Shown here piece by piece: positions 9,507 through 20,200 of a DNA stretch of 64,000 bases. The stretch comes from Candidatus Thorarchaeota archaeon (GTDB lineage: Archaea > Asgardarchaeota > Thorarchaeia > Thorarchaeales > Thorarchaeaceae), in NCBI GenBank assembly GCA_048884965.1, contig JBHLQH010000019.1, forward strand, positions 314 through 64,313, read 5' to 3'. Under the pieces are notes generated by a model. That model was not told the DNA's origin. It saw nothing but the letters and a program-made list of their open reading frames with translations, and did not search any database. Numbering within the stretch: the stretch's first letter is position 1; each line of letters starts with the position of its first letter. A program made the translations under genes and the position numbers.

Positions 9507-11327
9507 CTACTCTTTCTTTCTTCTACAGACATAGACGATTAGTAGTAATACAGCAAAACCGCCAACTCCTGCAGCGACATACAACCAGAATGTGTAGTCC
9601 TCTGGTAGTGTGGCACCGACTCGGTTGGAATCATAGATTGTATCACCATCAGTGATGACTCGAACAGTGAAGAAGTATGTCTCTTCACCATTCAATCCGC
9701 CGACTACCGTAGAGATTGTTGTAACCTCATCAATCGTCTGGACAAGTGTGCCAAGCTGATTGGGCTGAGTTGATACGTATACCTCATACCCTGCGAAGTT
9801 GCTTAGCTCGTTGTTGAATTGAGACCAATGCAGCTCAACGGAATTCCCTGATAGAATGGTCGGTGCTTGTAGATAGACACCGATCTCAGCAACTGAGATG
9901 CCACTTCCATCAAGCGTCACAGTGAAGACATCATTCTGACCAGGAACAGTTTCGCCTATGACTTCCTCAGTCACCATCTTCCCATCAACGACTCGATTAG
10001 CTTCCATCCTATACTCACCAGTACCAGTTCCGGTAAGGTTGATGGTATAAGGCAGTCCGGGGGCGAATGGGAAAAGCATATGCTTCTCACCCTCATCCTC
10101 AATCGCAATGGCAGGGAACTCAAGATGAGGCACACCATCATCACCAATCGACACTGTCCGTCCTAGTGGATCTGTAATCTCAACATCCACAGGACTAAAG
10201 AGACCCAAACTCAGGAGATCCGGTAGGAGGTCTATCAACGCTGTAATGATACTATTGTATTCCCCAGTGTCAGGATAGAAAGACATTCGAGTGAAAAGTG
10301 ATTCATTGTCTTCTTCACCATATGGAGCAAGATGAGTACCTGCGAAGTTACCATTTGAATCAAGGAGAATCCAGTCATCGTATAATGCACGAGATTCATC
10401 ATATCGCTCCCAATTATTGTAGATGTAGAGAGTGATCGAACCATTAGAATTGAGGTCATAGTCAATCACATTCACAAAATGACTTGATGTTGGTGAGGGC
10501 ACTTCCCAGCACGGAGCCATAAGCAAAATGACCTGTGGTGCATAGAATGGTGAGCCAACTAGCATCTCATCCATCATCCTCTGCACTTCCTGAGCATTTG
10601 TAATTCCGCCTTGGGGAGTGGGAATTCCAAGGTATATCTTTATCCAGTTCAACAAATGGTTGGGATTGAAGAATGCTCCAGAGCCTTTCCAAAGGACGTA
10701 TTCCTTGATTGCAGCCTCTGACACATCTCCTCCAGTTTCTTCAGCTAGTGTAATATTTGGATTTGGATCGGGCAATAGATGAGCATAGTTTCTCCCTAGT
10801 GGTATTTTGTTGGGATCAACAAAATAATCCCTAGCAGCCTGTGCAAATCCGTTGCAAAATCCAGCGAATTCCATATCCAGCCAGTCAATGATGAGGGAGT
10901 CAAATACCCTGAAGAGCATGATATCGAGTATACTTACTTCACATGCCGCTTGAATATCAGAGTATAGAAGCTGGAAGATATAATTCCTTAGGTTGGATTC
11001 AACTTCTTCAGGCTGCATAACGAAATCACTGAAGTATATTGCACTATTCGTGAAGTTGAAGGTGTGATGCCAGTCGAATGGTACGACCATATCCGCAGGA
11101 AGATGCTTCTTTGCGTCTATACCTTTCTCATAGGCTTCATCCATTCCATCACTCATATCGCGGTCATTCGTGAGCTGCCATGCATCAATGAACTCCAATA
11201 GTCGCTCTCGGAGAGTATCAGAGTCCAATGAGGATGCAATAGCCACTCTTATCGGTGGTACTACTGCAATCGTTGTCAATCCAAACACTATCATTAGACA
11301 AATGAGATATTTCGTATTCTTCTTCAT
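9507..11327 (-). CDS. Secreted, C-terminally membrane-anchored protein with papain-like Cys/His motifs and an FN3-like domain
   Basis: 606-aa ORF. AAGGAGG lies 8 nt upstream of the ATG. The signal-like N-terminus is MKKNTKYLICLMIVFGLTTIAVV. It has the motifs FAGFCNGFAQAARDYF and SSHFVNVIDYDLN. The FN3-like stretch is LHWSQF..YEVYVST..TYFFTVRVI. The C-terminal TM is FWLYVAAGVGGFAVLLLIVYVCRRKKE. Confidence 0.7.
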   Translation of the reverse strand: MKKNTKYLICLMIVFGLTTIAVVPPIRVAIASSLDSDTLRERLLEFIDAWQLTNDRDMSDGMDEAYEKGIDAKKHLPADMVVPFDWHHTFNFTNSAIYFSDFVMQPEEVESNLRNYIFQLLYSDIQAACEVSILDIMLFRVFDSLIIDWLDMEFAGFCNGFAQAARDYFVDPNKIPLGRNYAHLLPDPNPNITLAEETGGDVSEAAIKEYVLWKGSGAFFNPNHLLNWIKIYLGIPTPQGGITNAQEVQRMMDEMLVGSPFYAPQVILLMAPCWEVPSPTSSHFVNVIDYDLNSNGSITLYIYNNWERYDESRALYDDWILLDSNGNFAGTHLAPYGEEDNESLFTRMSFYPDTGEYNSIITALIDLLPDLLSLGLFSPVDVEITDPLGRTVSIGDDGVPHLEFPAIAIEDEGEKHMLFPFAPGLPYTINLTGTGTGEYRMEANRVVDGKMVTEEVIGETVPGQNDVFTVTLDGSGISVAEIGVYLQAPTILSGNSVELHWSQFNNELSNFAGYEVYVSTQPNQLGTLVQTIDEVTTISTVVGGLNGEETYFFTVRVITDGDTIYDSNRVGATLPEDYTFWLYVAAGVGGFAVLLLIVYVCRRKKE

Positions 11328-11340
11328 CTTTCAACCCTCC

Positions 11341-14300
11341 TTAGCAGACGCCAAACCTCCGTGTTCTTCCTTGAAGGAATTCTAGCATTCTTTCTAGATT
11401 CAGGTGAATGCTATCCAAGAATGCCATCATTGGTGTCTGAAGTTCTTGTGCCACTGGAGTTAGGTCTCCTGCCAGGAACATATCAGGACTTGTAGCTATA
11501 GCAGACGAGTTTACTACCCATTCGTAGGCGTAGAGATATCCCTTTAGTGCAGTAGCGATGATCTCCATCCTACCATTTCTGTTGGAATCGCCCAATCGAA
11601 TGTCAGAAATCTCTTCAGCAAGCTCACCACTGTTCCAGACCGCATCATATACATGATCGATTCTGTTCTTTGTCTGGTTCTGTTCAAAGACTGTCAAATT
11701 GTTGCCAGTTCCAGCAATGACCTCAAGCCAGCTATCGCCATCAGTGTTGCCCACTTGAACTGCTTTCGTTGTTTCTGCAGTAGGTAGGAGCTTTCTTGCA
11801 GCAATCGTTCCTCCTGCATCGCTCTCATAGATCTCGACTCCGTGAGCCAAGCCAACGAAGACTTCAAGGCGACCATCCATATCATTATCAGCGATATCAA
11901 GACAGAATGCGCCAGTTTGAGGCTGAATCTGTAGGTACTGGATATACTTGTTGTCCTCGTATGTGTCGTCGTCGATCTTAACCGGAGTTAGGAATCGAAT
12001 CCATCCATACTGATTTGCGAGATATGATCCTTGATAGTCATCATCGGTTCCAACTACAACAATGTCCTTCAACCCATCTCGGTTAATGTCGCCTGTTTGT
12101 ATCCCTCTGATGAAGGGATCACCTTGCTCCATTGTGATATATTTGTAGGCTGCGACCTGCGTGTAGTTGTTATCACCTAGATTCTCAATGACTGCTAGGA
12201 CATTTTGGGCTCCAACAATTATCTCTCCGAGACCGTCACCATCCAGATCCTTGTCTACTGCGAGAACATACGGCTGGGCAGGGAGCCATTCACCGACCTT
12301 TGTACCACCGTAGTCCTCCCAATACATTATGCTATCGAACCAGACGAGGTCATAGACATCATCCTCCACGTATTCGAAGATGTACACATGGAAGCCAGTA
12401 CAAACAATGATCTCCTGCTTTCCATCCTTGTCTTGATCGCCTATGATCATGTCACGGATGTTCATATATGCGGGATACTGTTCGTGCGTAAAGTAATGTT
12501 GTAGCCAGAAGTCAGGAGACCGCCAAGACCTTCTGTAGGTGTTGTTCGCAACTTGCTCGAAGGCAATGATGTTGTGATCGAAGGACCCTACAAAGACCTC
12601 AGGTATCTCGTCCTGATCAACATCACCGTATTCCAGAGCTCGGCTCCAATACTCGAATACAATCCAGTTGGTCCATGAGTCGAATGCCTCATAGCCCCAG
12701 TAACCACTGGATTGAGTTCTCTTGTCCACCTCGACCATGTGAATATACGGATATGTCGCACACAGGAACGTGTCATGATCGATCGTGCCATAGAATACAT
12801 CGATGTAATCCTCGTTCATACAGATTAGATCAACGATGCCATCAGCATTCATGTCGCGATATTGCGGGAAGTCATGTCCGTACAATGGATCTAACAGGGT
12901 TCCTGTAAAGTCAGGCTCGAACATGGACCTGGTCTTCAGCCATTCGGGATCCTGCGTTGTGCCCTTGTTACGCCAAAGGGTGAATCGACCGGTCTCGCAT
13001 TTGTATCCACCACCAGTGTAGTTCTCACTTGCATGTGGAACAAGAACATCATACCTTCCGTCGTAATCGAAGTCTCCAAAGGCGAGAGCACCGAAGACAG
13101 TTTCGTTCTTCCGGTCATCGTTAATCTCTTGGAAGATGGTCGAATCATAGCTAAAGTAGAAGCGAGAGCCGGAGAAGTAGTTTGTTTGCTCAAAGTAATA
13201 GAGATAGTCAGTGGAAATAGCTAGGTCCTTATCGCCGTCAAGATCCCAATCTACCATCGTTATTCGGGGTATGAAGTCTGTAGAAATAACAATCGGGGAC
13301 AAGTCAGGAAGATATCCAGTTCGTTCGGTCCAGTAGTCTGTCGCTGTCTGCTCAAAGTATCTCATGGAGAAGATATAGTCGGAATCCGGATCTAAGCCTG
13401 CTTCACATAGGATTATATCATCATCATAATCGCCATCTAAGTCACCCATTGAAATTGTAGAATACTCAAAGAACGAGTCCGTGCTTAGGGTACTATGTGA
13501 TACGAAATATCCAGATTGATATGACCAAACCGGAGCTTCGTTTGTACCTGTGTTTCTATAGTAGATTAACCTACTTGATGCCCCAGTGTTGACCGTAGCA
13601 ACGAGATCATATGCGGAGGTGCCATCGACATCTATCAAAGCATATGATTCGAACATGTTGAAAGTCGGTACATTGCTGGAAACCTGAGAGCCGCTGATAA
13701 GATACCCTTCTTCAGTCCAAGTAGGTACCATCCCCTTATCCTGTATCTGAACGATATCCCAAATGGAAACTCCGAGTGAGAACTTCGGTTGATCAGATTG
13801 ACTCTCCCAGATCATTGCTCCTTCTGCTGTATATGCCATCATTTCTCCATCAACTGTTCCTATGATGATCTTCATTTGATCGTCATCATATCCGGTCTTC
13901 ACGTATCCTGTTGATACAACAAGTGCAGTATCAATCGGACGAGCTGGTGTGCCAAACGCTGCATCGACACCATAGACAGCTCCACCCTTGACACCTATCT
14001 TCATGTATCTGTACTCGTCCCAACGGGCTGCCCTGAGTGCATTATCCACGTCAAGATAGATGAAGGATGCCCAACTCACAATCGGCCAGTTGTAGTAGTA
14101 AGACTGTGCATACTGAGGGCTGAGATCGATGGGTTGCCATGTTTCAAGGTCGTTTGAGATGTACAACTCCATATTCTCAAGGTCGACCTCCTGCTGAATG
14201 ATTAGTATCATATCATATTCATCAGTGGCATCTCCTCCGAGTTCCTCCCATTGACCGAAATCAACGACAGCCACTGCCATATCATTCAGTTGGACGGATG

Positions 14301-17214
14301 GTTTGAGCATCAGAATCGTTCCAGAATTGGCATCTGCTATCATCAGGCTCTGATTCTCTGGTCTCCAAACAAGACGGAATCCATCGTAGATATAGCCGTA
14401 TTTTTCGACCTTAGGATTTCCAACCTCATAGTTCATTAGATCTATGAGAGTACCATCACTTGAGTACTTCAAAATGCCATTGTTGAATGGTGCTGCTGCG
14501 TATACGAAACCTTGGTCATCGAACGCGACTCCTCCGGAGAAGTACCCATCGTCCCAAATGTCAACGGGTGTTCCGTTCTTAAAGAATCGTTGAATCCGAT
14601 AGTTCCATCTTTCAGAGACATAAACTAACCCATCAGGTCCAATGTCGACTCCATATGGAGTGTCCAACTGACCCAATCCGGTTCCAACAACACCAAACGT
14701 GGTTACAGCGTTGAATCCGTAATCGAAGACATGGATTCTATCATTGCCGGCATCTGCGACGAAGATATGTTCTCCATCTGCAGCCACATCATAAGGTGTG
14801 TTCAGCTCACCTAGTCCAGAACCATATACACCAAACTCTCCTTGATGACTACCTGTGCTGTTGAACACAAACACCTTGTGATATGCATAATCTGTAACGA
14901 ACACCAAGTCCGAGTCATCGACTGTTATACCGCACGCATATCCCCATACTCCTGGAATTGTCCAATTGAGAATATAGTTGCCTGCGGGGTCGTATTTGTA
15001 GACATATGGTGATGAGAAATCAGTTACATAGTAATTGCCTTCAGAGTCAAATGCAATATCGTACGCTGTGTATTGACCAGGATGAACTCCATATGTTTCA
15101 AGTAACTCGTATTCCTGCACACCGAAGCGTTGGATTCTGTAGTTGACAGGATCCATGACCAGGATGCCGCCAAACGGAGTGAATGCAAGATCCCAGCTTG
15201 TTGCGAACTCACCTGGACCGGTACCAGAGGAGCCAAACTCAGACTCAAAGTCCCAAGTTGGACTAAACTTCTGTACACGATCATTCTGCGAGTCAGTCAC
15301 ATAGATACGTCCATCATCATCCACAATGACATGGGTAGGTTGGTCGAATTGACTTGGTCCTGAGCCTCCAGTCCCCACCTTGTCTAAGAAGGTTCCGTTG
15401 GCATAGAAACGTTGTACTCGATCGTTCATTGCATCACAGACGTAGAGTCGCCCCTCCATATCAAAGGCGAGACCTCCAGGATAGTCGAAGCTACCGTCAG
15501 CAGTTCCAGCGGTACCAAATCGGAAGAGGAACTCACCAGTATTCTTGTCCAAGACCTGTATTCGATTGTTGATATAGTCGGTGGCATATAGCTTGTCCTC
15601 CCAGACCACAACATCAAACACACCAAAGAACTGCTCTGGGCCGGTGCCATTCTCACCCCAAGAGGCTATGAAGTCACCCTCTGGTGAGAACTTCTGGACC
15701 CTGCTGTTTCCATAGTCTGCAACGTAGACGAACCCTTCTTCATCCACCGTGAGACCTGCGGGGTAATCGAATTGGCCATTTCCAGCCCCACTTCCACCAA
15801 ACACCAGAATAGGCTCCATATTCTCCGTCACACGTGTTACGCGATCCCGGAGGAAGTCAGTGATGTAATAGGTCATATCAGGAGCTTGAGCAATACCATA
15901 CGCTATGTCGAACTGACCAAAGCCAGTACCATGCTCCAACGCCCATTGATTCTGAAAGGTGAACTGCTCAGTCGAATCAAAGGTGGTCTCAATGTCATCC
16001 AAGGGACCTCCCATTGCAGACGCACCGCCTAGTTCTACTGTGTTCCAAGGAGCAGGTATCGTACCCGGTTCGGTAATGCCTTGACCTCCCCAACCAAAGA
16101 CTTTCCTGTCAATCCATTCGTCAGCCTCATAGCCAGTGTACACACCAGCGGTCTGAGAGATCGCCCGTTCCCAGCTCTTGATTCCTTGGTTCAACTTACG
16201 CACGTCAAAGCTCTCTGTCTCATGATTGTAGTCGAAGACAAAGACACCTTGTCCATAGGCGGAAGCGACGATCTCACCAAAGTGGTCATCGTCGAGATCC
16301 TGATGGGCGGTCACTGAAGTAACAGGAGCCCAAATCGCATCGCCACTGGTCCATCGTAAGGTGTAGGTATGCTTGAAACAAGGTATCTCCTCGAATAAGT
16401 AGACATGGTTATCCTGGCTGCCAGCCACGATCTCCATCCGAGTATCATTATCACTATCGATGACACACACCGAGTTCACTCTGCCCTTGATGGTATCGCC
16501 TGAGTCCCAGACAGGCTGGAATTCTATCCAGTGAGCGTTCAAACAGTATGGATATGCAGAGTGATCAATGTAATCGAAAACGTAGACCTTCGAGTCCCAG
16601 GCACCTGCGATGATCTCATCGTGGCTATCATGATCGATATCGTAGGTCACTACTGACCAGACCTGCCTGTCGATGTAGAGACCGCTATCCCAGACCAGCT
16701 CCCACTTGTGCGACATGGAGTATATGTCAAAGGGACTGTCTTGGTCACCAAGCTGCTCGAAAACGTAGATATGACCATCTGCGCATGCTGCGACGACCTC
16801 CAACCGATTGTTGTTGTCAGAGTCCATGAATGCGACATCCATGACATCGCCCTTGATGATACCATCGCCTGCATCGAAGATCGGGTAGTACTGATGCAAT
16901 GGAGCCAGCCATCTGTAGATGTGGACCTGCATGTCGTTGAGATAGCCTCCAGCGGAAGCCATCCATTCGCTGTCCTCAGACACTGCTACTGCATGGGTCG
17001 AGCCACGTATGTTATTGGGCTCCCAGATCTTCTGGTACTCGTTGGTCAGGTTGAAGTCAGCCTGCATCTCATTGACGAGGGAGTCAACCGGCTCATCTGT
17101 GAACTCCTGCGCGACAGGGTCCCTACTTGAATCGGAGAGGCCTGCGGGCATGAGTGACAGTAGCATCAGGGCAACGATGCCCAACGTGATGAGTTTAGGT
17201 ACTAGTTGCTTCAT
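11341..17214 (-). CDS. Giant secreted protein with FG-GAP/integrin-alpha-like repeats and about 11-12 NHL repeats
   Basis: 1957-aa ORF whose start ATG overlaps the upstream stop (ATGA at 17211-17214). The signal is MKQLVPKLITLGIVALMLLSLMPAG. The NHL pattern (e.g. YPAGLTVDEEGFVYVADYGNSRVQKF, QPTHVIVDDDGRIYVTDSQNDRVQKF) spans aa ~430-925 (nt ~14440-15927). FG-GAP-like D.D.DG..E(I/V)(I/V).G motifs occur at both ends (e.g. DKDGKQEIIVCTGFHVYIFE). Confidence 0.85.
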   Translation of the reverse strand: MKQLVPKLITLGIVALMLLSLMPAGLSDSSRDPVAQEFTDEPVDSLVNEMQADFNLTNEYQKIWEPNNIRGSTHAVAVSEDSEWMASAGGYLNDMQVHIYRWLAPLHQYYPIFDAGDGIIKGDVMDVAFMDSDNNNRLEVVAACADGHIYVFEQLGDQDSPFDIYSMSHKWELVWDSGLYIDRQVWSVVTYDIDHDSHDEIIAGAWDSKVYVFDYIDHSAYPYCLNAHWIEFQPVWDSGDTIKGRVNSVCVIDSDNDTRMEIVAGSQDNHVYLFEEIPCFKHTYTLRWTSGDAIWAPVTSVTAHQDLDDDHFGEIVASAYGQGVFVFDYNHETESFDVRKLNQGIKSWERAISQTAGVYTGYEADEWIDRKVFGWGGQGITEPGTIPAPWNTVELGGASAMGGPLDDIETTFDSTEQFTFQNQWALEHGTGFGQFDIAYGIAQAPDMTYYITDFLRDRVTRVTENMEPILVFGGSGAGNGQFDYPAGLTVDEEGFVYVADYGNSRVQKFSPEGDFIASWGENGTGPEQFFGVFDVVVWEDKLYATDYINNRIQVLDKNTGEFLFRFGTAGTADGSFDYPGGLAFDMEGRLYVCDAMNDRVQRFYANGTFLDKVGTGGSGPSQFDQPTHVIVDDDGRIYVTDSQNDRVQKFSPTWDFESEFGSSGTGPGEFATSWDLAFTPFGGILVMDPVNYRIQRFGVQEYELLETYGVHPGQYTAYDIAFDSEGNYYVTDFSSPYVYKYDPAGNYILNWTIPGVWGYACGITVDDSDLVFVTDYAYHKVFVFNSTGSHQGEFGVYGSGLGELNTPYDVAADGEHIFVADAGNDRIHVFDYGFNAVTTFGVVGTGLGQLDTPYGVDIGPDGLVYVSERWNYRIQRFFKNGTPVDIWDDGYFSGGVAFDDQGFVYAAAPFNNGILKYSSDGTLIDLMNYEVGNPKVEKYGYIYDGFRLVWRPENQSLMIADANSGTILMLKPSVQLNDMAVAVVDFGQWEELGGDATDEYDMILIIQQEVDLENMELYISNDLETWQPIDLSPQYAQSYYYNWPIVSWASFIYLDVDNALRAARWDEYRYMKIGVKGGAVYGVDAAFGTPARPIDTALVVSTGYVKTGYDDDQMKIIIGTVDGEMMAYTAEGAMIWESQSDQPKFSLGVSIWDIVQIQDKGMVPTWTEEGYLISGSQVSSNVPTFNMFESYALIDVDGTSAYDLVATVNTGASSRLIYYRNTGTNEAPVWSYQSGYFVSHSTLSTDSFFEYSTISMGDLDGDYDDDIILCEAGLDPDSDYIFSMRYFEQTATDYWTERTGYLPDLSPIVISTDFIPRITMVDWDLDGDKDLAISTDYLYYFEQTNYFSGSRFYFSYDSTIFQEINDDRKNETVFGALAFGDFDYDGRYDVLVPHASENYTGGGYKCETGRFTLWRNKGTTQDPEWLKTRSMFEPDFTGTLLDPLYGHDFPQYRDMNADGIVDLICMNEDYIDVFYGTIDHDTFLCATYPYIHMVEVDKRTQSSGYWGYEAFDSWTNWIVFEYWSRALEYGDVDQDEIPEVFVGSFDHNIIAFEQVANNTYRRSWRSPDFWLQHYFTHEQYPAYMNIRDMIIGDQDKDGKQEIIVCTGFHVYIFEYVEDDVYDLVWFDSIMYWEDYGGTKVGEWLPAQPYVLAVDKDLDGDGLGEIIVGAQNVLAVIENLGDNNYTQVAAYKYITMEQGDPFIRGIQTGDINRDGLKDIVVVGTDDDYQGSYLANQYGWIRFLTPVKIDDDTYEDNKYIQYLQIQPQTGAFCLDIADNDMDGRLEVFVGLAHGVEIYESDAGGTIAARKLLPTAETTKAVQVGNTDGDSWLEVIAGTGNNLTVFEQNQTKNRIDHVYDAVWNSGELAEEISDIRLGDSNRNGRMEIIATALKGYLYAYEWVVNSSAIATSPDMFLAGDLTPVAQELQTPMMAFLDSIHLNLERMLEFLQGRTRRFGVC

Positions 17215-20200
17215 TTGGTATCACCCTCCTTCTTAGACTTGGTCTTTGATGATTTCGTCGTCTTCTTGGAGTCTGTGGCCTCCGTCTTATCGGCCTTCTT
17301 GGTCGTCTTCTTGGAGTCTGCCTTTGACTCCGTCTTGTCGCCGCTACGTAGAGACCCTACCTTCTTGACCGTGAACCGAAGGACCGGTGGTACGATTATC
17401 CCAGCGATGAACCCTGCACCACCAAGAATGGCTGCGAGCATCCAGAATGGATAGCCTTCTGTGATGGGGACAAGTGGGTTCTGGCCGAGGGCGACCTCCT
17501 CGTTGTCAGGTACACCATCGCCATCTGTGTCAGTCGAGGTAGGGTCAGTACCGTAGACCTTGACCTCGAGACCGTCGTCTAGCCCGTCTCCGTCTGAGTC
17601 AGGGTTGTCAAAGCCACCCGGTGCTGCGTTCCAGTGCCAGAGGCCAGAGGAGTCGTTTCCAATTGGCAGCGGGGTCATCCATGTCATTTCGAAATAGAAT
17701 TCTTCACCGTCTGATAGTCCGTCTCCATCAAAGTCGTACTCGAAGCCATCAGCGATACCATTGCCGTTCTCATCCCATTCCAATGGATTCAGGCCATAGA
17801 CGTATTCTAGGCCATCTGGGAGATAGTCGTCATCAGTATCACTATCGGTCACGTTCGTAGGATAGAGCGGCCACCAGGACTCGTTCGCCTGCGCGAGGAA
17901 GAACGGTGGCATCAATGCTTCCGGCGGCGTCGTGTTCGCGGATATCATTTCCCACGACTCGAGGGCATCACCCAGCTCATCACCGTCGGTGTCATTTGAC
18001 ATAGGGTTAGTATGAGTCACGAAGATCTCGTTGTAGTCGTTGATACGATCGTCATCCGAGTCTGCGTTATTCGGGTAGGTGCCATAGAAGAGCTCGAGAC
18101 CGTCATCAAGCCCGTCTCCATCTGTGTCATTCAGGACAGGACAGGAGCCGTAGCGGAGCACGATGGTCAGAGCCTCGTATGGGAAGGTGATGATACTTAC
18201 ATTCTCAAGGATCATCTCAGTTCCGTCAAGCAGAGTATCCCCATCAGTGTCATTGTTCAGGGGGTCCAGTGGTACGGGATCGTGACCAGGCCAGCCTAGG
18301 CCTAGGTAGATCTCCTGTGAATCAGTGAGACCATCTGCATCAGTATCCATGGTGATAGGTGAGGTACCATAGTCAAGAACCTCATCGCCGTCACTTAGGG
18401 GCAGGGTCATCGAACCGTTCTCGTTCGGGTAGTCGAGCGAATCGTGATCAGTATCCCAGTCGAGTGGGTCGCTATTGAACACGAGCAGCTCCTCACCGTC
18501 TCCGAGACGGTCGTTATCAGTATCCCATAGCCGCGGGTCGGTATGAGCGTAGAAAATCTCGTACCCGTCAGTAAGGTCGTCATGATCAGTATCTGCCTCC
18601 AGCGGGTCGGTCAGGTAGATTAGAATCTCCTCACCGTCAGTCAGCCCATCATAGTCAGAGTCTCGCACGAGTGGGTTACAGTAGAAGAAGAACAGCTCCT
18701 CGCCGTCCGTTAGCCCATCTCGATCTGTATCATTATTGAGCGGATTGGTGCCATAGAGGAAGTACTCATCACCATCAAGCACCATGTCCTCGTCACAATC
18801 TGGATTCCGCGGGTCTGTATCCAACATCCAATCCTCGTAGTCAGGTAGGTGGTCATTATCAGTATCGGGATTCTGCGCGTCGGTTCCAGAGCCTCCTGGA
18901 CCTATCTGCTCATACCCGTCCCTCAGACCATCAGAGTCTTGGTCACCGTTGGTGGGGTCCCACTGCGGGTCGCGAGCGAGCTCGTTACCATCAGTAAGAT
19001 AGAGATAGACTGCGCCCCATGCCGTGTCATTGTCTGTATCTGGATTGCAAGGATTAGTCTTGACCAGCTTGACCTCAGGATAGCCCTCAAGGTCAGGAAT
19101 GATGGCAATCTGTCCGAACACCTCGGTACCATCATGGAGGTCCCAGATGTAGTCATCAGTCGGAGCGAATGGGTCACCCCATCCACCTCCTTGATACAGC
19201 CATGCGACACAGTCCTCATCCGTATCCGCATCTAAGGGGTGAGTCCATCTGAAGTTGACATACTGATACATGGAAACCTCTGTTTCATTACAGTACTCCA
19301 CCCCGTTATCCCATTCTTCACCATCAAGCAAACCATCGTTATCCGTATCAGGGTTCAATGGATCAGTCCTATCATCATAGGACACGCCACCGATAATGAC
19401 AGACTCTACAGAGCCGTAAGTGCCCTTGGTGAGAGTCACGTCGTACACTGTATTGATCTCATACCAGTCGTAGAGCATATCCCCGTCGGTGTCGATAAGG
19501 AACGGAGAAGTATGGTAGACCTTGACCTCTTGATAGTCAGTCAGGTTGTCCCGATCGGTATCGTTCAGAAGCGGGTTGGTCTTGAAGGTCACGTGCTCCT
19601 CGTAGTCAGTTAGCAGGTCATCGTCTGAGTCGACCTTCCACGGAGCAGTGTTCAGCTCTATCTCAAGTTTATCATTAAGCCCGTCTCCGTCTGTGTCGGC
19701 GGACAGCGGGTCAAGGAATGTGCTGGAGTCAGCCAAGGTGTAGCCAGGCAAGGACCCGTAGAGGAGGGACATGCGGGTCTCAAAGTCGTCGGGGAGACCA
19801 TCCTCATCTGTGTCTGTGAGGTCAGCGGCTTCTTCGCCATAGGAGCTGGAGCCCCATGAAGCAGAGATGTCGATGGTAGTCGTCCACGGTCCTCCGAAAT
19901 GCGTTCCGAAGGATGTGAAGAAGAGGTCGATGCCAAAGTAAAGGGAACAGTAGAGAGTGATGTAGATGCCAATGGTTGACGTCGCTATATCACTCAATGT
20001 ATGTATGATGACCGGGTCGGGGTCCGCCGCTAACGCCATGAGCGGTTCCCCTGCTAGTATCCCGGATCTCATTTCGAAGCGGAGGCCTACCTTGAAGGTC
20101 CCTTCGAATATCACGATAAGAAGGCGGATGTGTAGAGTCACACCTATGATGATGTCAAGCAAGAGGGTAGAAAGGGATGGAAGGCCCTGTCCTTGGTATT

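Noticed and set aside
17257-17320. 19-nt direct repeat GTCGTCTTCTTGGAGTCTG (17257-17275 and 17302-17320)
   Set aside because: It lies inside the Lys/Ser/Thr-rich cytoplasmic tail of the 1581-aa protein and encodes the duplicated peptide DSKKTT(K). It is a low-complexity coding duplication rather than a regulatory element.
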